DNA from: an uncultured Bacillota bacterium
Lineage (GTDB): Bacteria > Bacillota > DTU025 > MWDF01
Assembly: GCA_963823655.1 (NCBI GenBank)
Contig: CAWGMK010000010.1
Location: 224,001-288,000, forward strand
Direction of reading: 5' to 3'
Length of the DNA stretch: 64,000 nt
In this document: piece after piece, positions 54,238-63,005 of the stretch
Layout of the letters: each line of letters opens with the position of its first letter
Position numbering within the stretch: the stretch's first letter is position 1
Made by a program: the position numbers and the translations under genes
Notes under the pieces: model-generated
Seen by the model: the letters and a program-made list of their open reading frames with translations, nothing else
The model's database searches: none
What the model was told of the DNA's origin: nothing

Positions 54238-55194
54238 TAAGTAATGCTCCTTTCATCTTAAAAGAGGCCATGGGAAACTATAACCTCGATTTTTACGAAC
54301 AAAGAAGATACAGAATTGGACGACAATTCAAGAGTCATAAATGATATGCATCGCCTCTGTCCTCTGAATAAAATCTGAATAAATATTACATTGTTTGTCC
54401 GTTATAGTCAATTCTTATTCATTTGTGCTGTCAACCTCTATATGGAAAATTCATACATTGATGACTTTTGAATGCTTGTTATATCAAACCCTCTTATAAT
54501 ATTTTTATTCAAAGAATATTCAATGCAAGCGCAAGAGCATCTCCCCACAAATCAAAACTGGTTTTTGTACCATAGGCATATTTCACCCGATAGTCAACAA
54601 GGGTATTGTGTTGTGTCAAACAGAATGTCAAGCAAATTGATATCTCGGTCAAGCGATGTACTAGTTGTACTGAATGGAATGTAATTTGGCTTGTAAGCTG
54701 GACATATTATCATGGCTATGGAAAGCTTGAATGTATCAGATTGAGACCTTTTGAATCCCGCCTTCGGCACCGATAGGGCTTTAAATCGTCGGTATGCTGG
54801 CGGTTTTGTTTATTTAACAGCCAAGAGAAAGGCAAAGCATGAAGAAAACGTCAGAACCCAATCCTTGATTAGCGAAAGAACTTGTTGCAGATTGGAAATT
54901 TCAATTGGATTAAACTTATCGAGGTAGGCTAGACAATTGTGAACATAAATCTCACTAAGAACTACGGATCAGCGCAAGAAGGGAATAAGCTCAACACCAT
55001 TGCATGAATAAGGCTGCTCAATAGAAAGCAGATTTAACGCACCGACAAAATCTTATTGCATGTTCCTATCTAGGGCCAATATCGATAGAAATCCGCCTCG
55101 GATCAAGAATCCGTGGCGGATTAGTTACATTCATTCGATCGCATATAAGAATAGAATTCATCAAGGCAATTTTCGATAGCCTGACGCGATCCTT

Positions 55195-55893
55195 TTAATG
55201 CGTAGCAGCTCCGTCAAAGCCACCGACTGCGCCTATGGATAGTACTGAGGAATCCAACGGAGTCAAGCCGTTATCTTCATAGGAGACTTTGACGCTCTTG
55301 TAAATTATCTGGTCGGTGGTAAGATCGCCTGAATTGAGTGTCAGGTAAAAGTCATTCGACTCATAAGATATATTATCCCACTCACCGATGAGCGTATCGT
55401 TCAATGTCACTAAGAAGTGGTCGCTGACCTTCTTTAGTACATAAGTGTTTATAGCTTCGTTGAGCATGCCCGGAATTTCGGTACTTGAAGTCTCGATCAT
55501 CAGTAGATCAGTCGATGGGCCATCGGTCCAAAGCTGGTAATAGGGAAGCTCCGCTCCTCCGCGGCGGTAGAAGAACGAAATTATGCTTCCACCGCCGGGG
55601 TAGCCAGTCGTGCTCCCAAGCCATATAGCCCCATATACCCTTTGCGTTATGTCTGTGGCGACTTTGAACTTAACGGTTATCGTAAAATCGCCGTTTAGCA
55701 CGAACGGCGCAGTCACAAAGTTGTTTGCCTCAATTACGAGTCCTTCGGGCGCAAGCTCATAGGTGGAAGACAAGACCCAGTCGTCCAGGTCAGGCACGGT
55801 TACGAAATCGACGGACCATGATTTGACGCACCCTCCGGCGACAAGCAGCATGGCGAATGCAATAGTCGCCAGGAAGACTCTTGACCTCTTCAT
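55195..55893 (-). CDS. Hypothetical lipoprotein (beta-rich)
   Basis: MKRSR-hydrophobic-VAGGC lipobox-like signal; hairpin at 55090-55122 downstream. Confidence 0.7.
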   Translation of the reverse strand: MKRSRVFLATIAFAMLLVAGGCVKSWSVDFVTVPDLDDWVLSSTYELAPEGLVIEANNFVTAPFVLNGDFTITVKFKVATDITQRVYGAIWLGSTTGYPGGGSIISFFYRRGGAELPYYQLWTDGPSTDLLMIETSSTEIPGMLNEAINTYVLKKVSDHFLVTLNDTLIGEWDNISYESNDFYLTLNSGDLTTDQIIYKSVKVSYEDNGLTPLDSSVLSIGAVGGFDGAATH

Positions 55894-56304
55894 TGCATCA
55901 TCCCCTTTCTTGAACTGGTGTGTATATTATAGAAATGCTCGCTATTTCCTGCTTTTTATTAATGAAAACAGCACGGAGAGCCTGGGGCCTTATTGATATC
56001 TATTCTCATAGATATGCCAGGCGTGTGGGCTGTACATTCGTTTATGTGACCGCCATGCATTTATATTTGAACGATTACTATGAAATCCCAGAATTGAAGC
56101 CGGCGTTTCGGATTGAAATCCTCAACAGGGCGAGCAGACGAAAGAAGGCTTAACACTAATCGCTAATAACATCTGAAAGATCAGAGGCCTGTTATTCTGT
56201 TCTTCCGTTACCCCTAAAGTGCTAGTATCCTGCCTCAAGAGCGGCAAAATTGTAGGTATAGGAATCTTATCAAGTCAGTCCTTCAACTCGATGACAGGGC
56301 GTTT

Positions 56305-56742
56305 TTATTGATGGCCATATCTTTCCAGGAGATAATCCAGAGCTTCGTTGTATCCCTCAAAGCCTTTACCCATTATAGTTTTATCAGTGTAGAGCGCGAC
56401 ATAGGAAAAACTTCTAAAGTCTTCTCTTAGAACGAGATTTGAAAGATGCACTTCAACGGCGGGGAGATTTGCTGCTTTGAGTGCATCGAGTATCGCGATA
56501 CTTGTATGGGTGTAAGCGGCGGCATTTATAATGATAGCGTCGAAAGCCCCTTTGGACTTCTGAATCGCCGTAATTAACCTGCCCTCGTAATTGGATTGCA
56601 GGATTTGCACATTAATTCCCTTCTGCTTGGCCTTCTCCTTAATATACGCAACAAGCTCTGGGTAGCTCTTATCTCCATAGATCTGCTTTTCTCTTATGCC
56701 TATCATATTCAGATTGGGGCCATTTATTATATGTATTTTCAT
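56305..56742 (-). CDS. aroQ: Type II 3-dehydroquinate dehydratase
   Basis: INGPNLNMIGIRE..YG, QSNYEG, NAAAYTHTS, EVHLSN. Confidence 0.95.
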   Translation of the reverse strand: MKIHIINGPNLNMIGIREKQIYGDKSYPELVAYIKEKAKQKGINVQILQSNYEGRLITAIQKSKGAFDAIIINAAAYTHTSIAILDALKAANLPAVEVHLSNLVLREDFRSFSYVALYTDKTIMGKGFEGYNEALDYLLERYGHQ

Positions 56743-58046
56743 AGTGTTTCCTTCCATATTTCTGCTATTTTGATCTGCTTGATTCTATCTAGAATCGATA
56801 TAGCTGCGTCTTCTATCTCGCCACAATTATTGATTTCGAAATCACAAAAACCTTCGTACATGCAATGTCTGCGCTCCCAGAGCGATCCAACATCCTGCAC
56901 TTGATATAGAGGTCTTCCAGCGACTTCGAGCATGTGCAAATCACGTTTAATATGGACTCCAATCGCATTGGCGCCTAACAGGTAACGGTTCTCTTCATCG
57001 AGCAAAGCGCCACCACCCGTTGCGATTATCGCTCCATTTTCAACAGCAACTTCGCGCACTACTGCTCTTTCGAAACCTCTGAAGGTTGACTCGCCGTAAA
57101 GTTCGAATATCTGGGGTATGCTCATGCCGGTTCTTCTCTCGATGATTTCATCAGTGTCAAAAAACGGTTTCCCATAGATCTCAGAGAGCCTTTTGCCAAT
57201 TGACGTTTTGCCTGCGCCAGCCATGCCAACAAGTACAATGTTGCCTTGCTTGCGTAAACAGGCAGAGTAAATCTGTGAGAAGAGTTCTTTTTCGGTCTTA
57301 GAGCCGGTAAATAGCTCATAGGCAAGTCGAGCCTGTTCGGCCAGCATTGCTAGCCCTCCGGAGAATTTTAGCCCAAGTGATCTGGCATCCTGCACTAATC
57401 TAGTATTAATAGGGTTGTAGATTGCATCGAAAACCGCGTGGACGTTGTTAAAGTCCTTTAGCTCCACAGGCTTTTCCCCCGCATTTGGGAACATGCCTAC
57501 AGGCGTGGTGTTGATGATTATATCGGGATCAAAGCCCTTGCAGTTAGAGTAATTCAGTGAACCACTCCTTGATACAATCGCCACCTCAGCCGCGTTGTTC
57601 GAAACAGCAAGGTGCTGCGCTGTTCTGGCTGTTCCGCCGCTTCCCAGAATCATGATTCTATTTCCCTGCATCTTAATCTCTGCTCTATGAAGTGCCTCAG
57701 CCATGCCGCAAAAGTCGGTATTGTAACCCAGTAACCTCCCTTCAACATTCAGCACAATGTTGACTGCGCCGATGTCGATTGCTGTCTTATCAATGTAATC
57801 GAGGTAGTTCATGACCGTCGCTTTATAGGGGATTGTGACATTAAGCCCTGCGAAATCCCTTCTGGCAAGGAATTCGGCAACGGCATTTTCATCTGCGAGT
57901 TCTTTCAGCGAATAATCGAGCCCAAGCCTGCCATATATGTCCGCGGACAGGCTGTGGGCAAGGGTTTGCCCAAGTAGATAGTACTTTTTTACTCCTGGTT
58001 TAGCCGCTGTTGAGTGACAGCGGATCTCTTTAGAACCATCCATCAT
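56739..58046 (-). CDS. aroE: Shikimate dehydrogenase-shikimate kinase fusion
   Basis: HSLS, NVTIPYK, GYNTD, GSGGTA, IYNP, then GMAGAGKT, FDTD, ATGGG. Confidence 0.92.
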   Translation of the reverse strand: MMDGSKEIRCHSTAAKPGVKKYYLLGQTLAHSLSADIYGRLGLDYSLKELADENAVAEFLARRDFAGLNVTIPYKATVMNYLDYIDKTAIDIGAVNIVLNVEGRLLGYNTDFCGMAEALHRAEIKMQGNRIMILGSGGTARTAQHLAVSNNAAEVAIVSRSGSLNYSNCKGFDPDIIINTTPVGMFPNAGEKPVELKDFNNVHAVFDAIYNPINTRLVQDARSLGLKFSGGLAMLAEQARLAYELFTGSKTEKELFSQIYSACLRKQGNIVLVGMAGAGKTSIGKRLSEIYGKPFFDTDEIIERRTGMSIPQIFELYGESTFRGFERAVVREVAVENGAIIATGGGALLDEENRYLLGANAIGVHIKRDLHMLEVAGRPLYQVQDVGSLWERRHCMYEGFCDFEINNCGEIEDAAISILDRIKQIKIAEIWKETL

Positions 58047-58339
58047 TTGATCTCTTCACGAGTTGAAGACCTCTCCTCAATGAGACTCCTTTGGTAAGCC
58101 TTACTCGTCTCGAATAGCGTTGAGAAAAGCTGCTTTGCGAACAATCTCAGTTCATCAGGCATGCTTTCCATTACGCGGTTGAGCACCTGTCTTTCGCGGT
58201 CTGTATTGAGTACAGGAGCGCCTACGCTGCGCTTTAGGAGCGCAATGTTTTTACTTACTTCCATACGGCTTCTGAAAAGAACCGCTATCTCATCATCGAT
58301 TTTGTCAATAATAGCCCTTTGTTTATCAAGTTGTTCCAT
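58043..58339 (-). CDS. Chorismate mutase (AroQ-class) domain
   Basis: RAIIDKID..LFRSRM..K..V.N..RE..V pattern. Confidence 0.88.
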   Translation of the reverse strand: MEQLDKQRAIIDKIDDEIAVLFRSRMEVSKNIALLKRSVGAPVLNTDRERQVLNRVMESMPDELRLFAKQLFSTLFETSKAYQRSLIEERSSTREEIK

Positions 58340-58431
58340 AACATTACCGCCCCTTCAGCAAATTTCGTGTTCATCCGCTTTTCCCGTTTACTTCGCTCTC
58401 GCGGAAAATCCCAGTTTGTTTGCTGAAATAC

Positions 58432-59529
58432 TTATAAAGAAGATTTGCACGCAACAGCATTTTCACCCAGCAGTACATCAAGGAGCGAGAGAGCTACTGC
58501 TGCTTCTATGCAGGGCACCGCACGCGGGACAATACAAGTATCATGGCGGCCTTTGATTTCGATGGTGGTATTCTCGCCCAGTTCAAGATCAACTGTGTGC
58601 TGAAGGATTGAAATCGACGGTGTCGGTTTGATAGCTACCTTAATAGTCAATGGCATGCCATTGGAAACGCCACCGTTGATTCCGCCATTATTGTTTGTCT
58701 TCGTTACAACCTTATCGTCCCTGTACTCGAACGCATCATTAGCCTGGCTACCACGCATTTGAGAAAACCCGAAACCAGCTCCGAATGCAATGGCTTTGAC
58801 TGCCGGTACCGCGAAAACTGCATAGGATATCAACCCCTCCAAGCCATCAAACATCGCGTCGCCAAGGCCTGCGGGCATTCCAAACACAACACACTCTATC
58901 TCACCGCCTATACTGTCATTAGCCTCTTTAGCATCCATTATCTCTTTTAGCATGCCGTTGTCCGAGGCTTCGTCTGCTACAGCAAGGCTTCGTGCTTGTG
59001 CTTCAAGGACAATGTCGGGAGTAATCTCTGCATCTTCATAGCTTAGTAGCCCTTTCGCTTTGCCGATGCGCGAGATGTAGGCTGCGACCGTAATACCTTT
59101 AGTTCGCAATATTTCCTTTGCAATGCCACCTGCGATGCAAAGTGGGGCGGTCATCCTGCCGGAGAACCTACCTCCGCCGCTTGTTGTCTGGCCTTTTAAA
59201 TAGGCTGCGTAATCTGCATGTGAAGGCCTGGGTTTGTTCGTTAGCCCGCTATAATCGCCAGTTCGCACGCTTTGGTTCTTTATGGTGGCACGTATAGGGC
59301 CCCCATCTGTTACGTCATTGGCTATCCCTGATTCAAAGTGAATAATGTCTGGCTCAATGCGGGGAGTCGACCAGGGATTATCCCCGCTTTTACGCCTATC
59401 CACGAATGACTGTACATTTTTCAGCGACACGGCCTCACCTTTGGGAATGCCACTTAACAGCATTCCAATTTCGCTGGAATGCGATTTTCCGAAAATCTCG
59501 AGTTGGATATTCTTAAAGTTTGCATGCAC
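58432..59529 (-). CDS. aroC: Chorismate synthase
   Basis: FGKSHS, PRPSHADY, GGGRFSGR, NNNGGINGG, KPTPSI, GRHDTCI. Confidence 0.95.
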   Translation of the reverse strand: MHANFKNIQLEIFGKSHSSEIGMLLSGIPKGEAVSLKNVQSFVDRRKSGDNPWSTPRIEPDIIHFESGIANDVTDGGPIRATIKNQSVRTGDYSGLTNKPRPSHADYAAYLKGQTTSGGGRFSGRMTAPLCIAGGIAKEILRTKGITVAAYISRIGKAKGLLSYEDAEITPDIVLEAQARSLAVADEASDNGMLKEIMDAKEANDSIGGEIECVVFGMPAGLGDAMFDGLEGLISYAVFAVPAVKAIAFGAGFGFSQMRGSQANDAFEYRDDKVVTKTNNNGGINGGVSNGMPLTIKVAIKPTPSISILQHTVDLELGENTTIEIKGRHDTCIVPRAVPCIEAAVALSLLDVLLGENAVACKSSL

Positions 59530-60781
59530 TAGTTATACCCCCAAGCTTTGCCATGTCTGCAAAGAAAGCCGGATAGGACTTCTTTACGCATTGGGCGTTA
59601 ATAATTCCCGTGTTTCCGACCCTGGATCCTCCTATGGCTGCGCTCATTGCCAGGCGGTGATCGTTTTGCGAATCGATGACATTGCCTCCGCGCATAGTCA
59701 CCTCCGAAAATCCTAAGGGTATCATCTGCGTATTCAGATCTTACGGAAAACCCTGCCAGCATCTTCATTATGCCCTCAAGCCTGTTGGACTCCTTGAAGC
59801 TGAGCCTATCTACGCCTCGCATGATGGATACGCCTTTCGCCGTTGCCATGGCTATCGAAAGTATAGGAGCGAGGTCCGGGAAGTTTTCGATGTTCAAGTC
59901 AATAGGCTCAAGCGCGCTCTCGTTGAAGGTGATGGAGCCATTTGAAAATGTGATTTCAGCTTTCATATCCCGCAAGATGTCAATAATCGCCCTATCGCTC
60001 TGACGCGAGTCCAAGTTGAGCCCCTTTAGAGTTACACAGCCATTAATCGCCCCTGCTACAGCGAAATTTGCAGCCCCGCTGAAATCTCCCTCCACAAGAA
60101 GGCTCCCGGGCGTTTTGAATTCCTGATTTCCTTCTAAGTGATAGAATATTGCCTTCCCGCACGACATTAACGGAAAATAGGCTGAGCATAGACAGCGTAA
60201 GATCTATATAGCCCTCCGACACAATGCCATTCTGGATGGAGATTGTGCTATCACCGTCAAGCAGAGGAAGCGCTAGATAGCAATCCCGTAACATACTGAG
60301 AACTGATAGAACCGTCCACTTCGTATGCCCCGCTGCGAAGCTTTCCGCTCATACAAAGTGGGAGCCTGTCACTGTCTGCCTTGACACCATGGGCCCTCAA
60401 GGCTTCAAGAAGTCCTGAAATTGGCCGCGAAGAAAGCTGGCCTTCACCAATGAACTCAACGTCCAACCCCAGTGCTGCAACTACCGGGATCAGGAAACGA
60501 AGGGTAGAGCCGCTCTCCTTAGCATTAAGCCTAAGATTGTTCTTGCGCGTAATTATCGGATTGACGATAATGCCCTCTTCACATGGTATAAACAAAGCAC
60601 CCATCTCACTAAGCGCTGACATTGTGGCTTCAACATCGCTGCCTACAATGTTCCCATGAAGGTGGGTTGGCCCTTTTGACAATGCGGATGCAATTAATGC
60701 TCGGTGAGCGACAGATTTTGAAATCGGTGCGAACAATTCGCCCGAAAGCTTCGACCTCTCAACGGATTCAATCATCAGCAT
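59513..60781 (-). CDS. aroA: EPSP synthase (three apparent frameshifts)
   Basis: SKSVAHRAL, ESGSTLRF, ISSQYVTGLL, EGDFS, PDL, KESNRL, NDHRLAM, KSYPAF. Confidence 0.92.
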
Positions 60782-60954
60782 ATTCTGCGAGCTCCCCCCA
60801 TGTCGTTTCTTGATGGTGCATTAGGCTAATCCATTGATGACAATAAAATCCCCTTTGCCCTCAGTCTTTAATGAAACTGGATGCACTTGTATCCCTGCAG
60901 ATAGGATCCCAACCGAAAACTTCGTTGAGCGGGCTTTAGGCATAGACAGTAATT

Positions 60955-61813
60955 TTAACAACCTTTCCCATCCTTCGCAGTTCTATCAGCCACTTCTTTC
61001 ATCCTCACGCCTTCTGTCAGCAATTGATTCAGCAGGACCGCATCGTTGTTCACGAGCGCCAGTTTAATATCAGCAATGTTCTTTTCGAGAGCGTCAATCT
61101 GAAGGAGCACATTATCGCGATTCTCCAAGAGCAGCTCCGTCCATGTCCTAGGATTGAGCCTCGCCACCCTGGTCATATCCTGAAAACTCCCTGCCGAGAA
61201 TCCCAAATGATCCTCAGAAAGTGGATTTCTGATATAACTCATGGAAACGACGTGAACAATTTGGGAAGTGTATGCTATCATCTCGTCATGCTTCTCAGCC
61301 GTTGCGATCCGGATGCCCTTACAACCAATCTCGCGCAGCAGTGATATTATCCTGTCCAATGCTGGATGCGAAGTTTTGACAGGTGTGACGATGGCGTAGG
61401 TGCCTTCGAATAATGATGCTGCCGAATTCGATATCCCGCATGATTTCCCTTCCAGCCATGGGGTGCACGCCAGCAAACTCAAGGTTTGGGTATCTCTCAC
61501 GCAGTGACTCCATACATCTGATTACCCTTCGTTTAGTCCCGCAGCTGTCGATGATTACTGCTCCATCCTTTAGCTTGGGTGCCGCCTTTTCCATTTCGGA
61601 TATGGCATCAGATGGACTAAGGGCGAAAATCGCCAAATCGACATCTTTCAGGTTCTCATCCGTTATCTCATCATCAATCGCCTTCAAAAGTCTCGCATCG
61701 ATCACGGTTTGCGGGTCTATGTCGCGCCCAAGAACCTTGTGCGGCGTCTTTTCCAGTATTGCCCTTCCAAATGACCCCCCAATAAGCCCCAAACCATATA
61801 TGGCGATTACCAT
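60955..61813 (-). CDS. tyrA: Prephenate dehydrogenase (apparent frameshift near 61440)
   Basis: GLGLIGGS, DSCGTK, HPMAG, HDEMIAYTSQ, GSFQDMTRVA. Confidence 0.92.
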
Positions 61814-61825
61814 GAATATCTCTCC

Positions 61826-62257
61826 TTATACGCAGTAGGTTGCATAATGCCGAGGAATCTCGCGATATCTTATGACTGCTAAGCTTAAGTGACTTTGCCA
61901 ATCGTTTAATGATTTGGTCCGGTCGTTGTTAGCCTCGGTCATGTGCCTGTCTGCACTAGCTCCTATTTATCTGAGACTGCGCCCTTAGAAATTCTGGTCG
62001 TAAACATCGATTGCCGAATTTAGCGAATGGAATTTGGCATGTGCATTAATATTGGGATCTTGGTTTTTATTTATCGACTCCACTATTTCGAATGAGTGTA
62101 AACGGTTCATGTCGATGCTTGCCGTGTCTCCGATGAGGCCAATAAGCGTGGAATTATCGCTCTCGCTCATATGGACACCTAGGCCTTGATCTTCTATCCA
62201 TCTTAAAAGGTCACTGATCTTGTTCCTGCCATGAGTCTTCCTAATGCTTATAACCAT
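61826..62257 (-). pseudogene. aroF: Internally deleted, decayed DAHP synthase (type I-beta)
   Basis: N-terminal regulatory domain (GLGVHMS..TLIGLIGDT..KFH) stops at 61985 and is followed directly by a degenerate C-terminus (ASADRHMTEANND..ND/AKSL, resembling AGADGLMIEVHND..DGAQSL); about 430 bp versus about 1 kb expected. Confidence 0.75.
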
Positions 62258-62569
62258 AGCTTGCTTCGCCTCTTTCTTTAAATAATGATTCCTCATTAAG
62301 AGCTTATTGCCCCTTGTTATCAACCGTTGATTGCGTTTCTCTATTTCAATAAGCGTGCGAACATACATCCCTTTTTGGAAGGGATGTGATGCAGCATCTC
62401 TGCCTTTATGGTTGGGCCTTTCATCGTGGGGGAAAAGGTCGATCTTGTGAACCACTTTGCAATTGTTTATGTCGACCCGAATAGGTCTACTGTCACTAAA
62501 TCTGAAATTCCATTAGTACATCATCCCCCTTAATGTAGGGTAGCGGGACGAGATTTCACTCGAAGGCAG

Positions 62570-62600
62570 AAATAAAAAAAGACCCGGATATCCCGGACCT
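62570..62600 (-). terminator. Attenuator terminator of the aro/tyr operon leader
   Basis: AGGTCCGGG-ata-TCCGGGTCT followed by TTTTTTATTT on the minus strand. Confidence 0.75.
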
Positions 62601-62655
62601 TCAGTTTTACGGCCTGCCCTCGCGCCCGCTTAAGATGATGTACCCTAAGCTTTGC

Positions 62656-62739
62656 CTATACCCAATGGTAAGCGCAAGAACAAGCCGCCGTATAGGCGTA
62701 ATATCGATATATCGCTATCATCGATATCAATTGCTTCAT
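62656..62739 (-). CDS. Tyr-rich leader peptide, 27 aa (not in the ORF track)
   Basis: GGAGG RBS; MKQLISMIAIYRYYAYTAACSCAYHWV. Confidence 0.75.
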   Translation of the reverse strand: MKQLISMIAIYRYYAYTAACSCAYHWV

Positions 62740-62775
62740 GTCTGCGCCTCCGTAGTAAGTTTGTACATTACGAGA

Positions 62776-62804
62776 AATATATAGCCCTTAAAGTGTTTTG
62801 TCAA
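62776..62804 (-). promoter_or_regulatory. Sigma-70/A promoter of the aro/tyr leader
   Basis: TTGACA-17 bp-TATATT. Confidence 0.8.
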
Positions 62805-62840
62805 GGCATCGACTTGCTTCTTGTGATCAGTCAACGATAA

Positions 62841-62966
62841 TGTCATGGTGTAAACTCATCAGGGAAAGTGTCATCCTCAAGAACGATCTGCAATGAGAGG
62901 ATGAGATACGAAATGAGCAAGCAGGACGCCCGCAAGGTCACAATCATAGAGAAGCTTTTGGCATAG
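62841..62966 (+). mobile_element. Left-end remnant of an ISNCY/IS1202-like element
   Basis: TGTCATGGTGTAAACT end with internal AAAGTGTCAT repeat, then truncated ORF MRYEMSKQDARKVTIIEKLLA* resembling these transposases' N-termini (from memory). Confidence 0.45.
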
Positions 62967-63005
62967 AGGCACTACTCTGCCGATTTGGCACACGCTAAAC
63001 CTCAA

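Larger units (their letters stand above)
52152..54811. mobile_element. Small tRNA-Leu-integrated islet bounded by att direct repeats; no integrase visible
   Basis: AATCCCGCCTTCGGCACC at 52152-52169 and 54754-54771, each followed by a similar ~40-bp ATAGGG..GCTGGCGGTTTTGTTT tract. Confidence 0.8.

Noticed and set aside
4218-61813. Dozens of split genes (panB, folP, mmdB, MFS, ABC, GGT2, GH3, aroA, tyrA and others) as pseudogenes or programmed frameshifts
   Set aside because: The breaks are scattered single-base indels in otherwise well-conserved genes, clustered at 41.7-48.4 kb, with no consistent slippery sites. Long-read consensus error is the simplest explanation; read polishing would decide.
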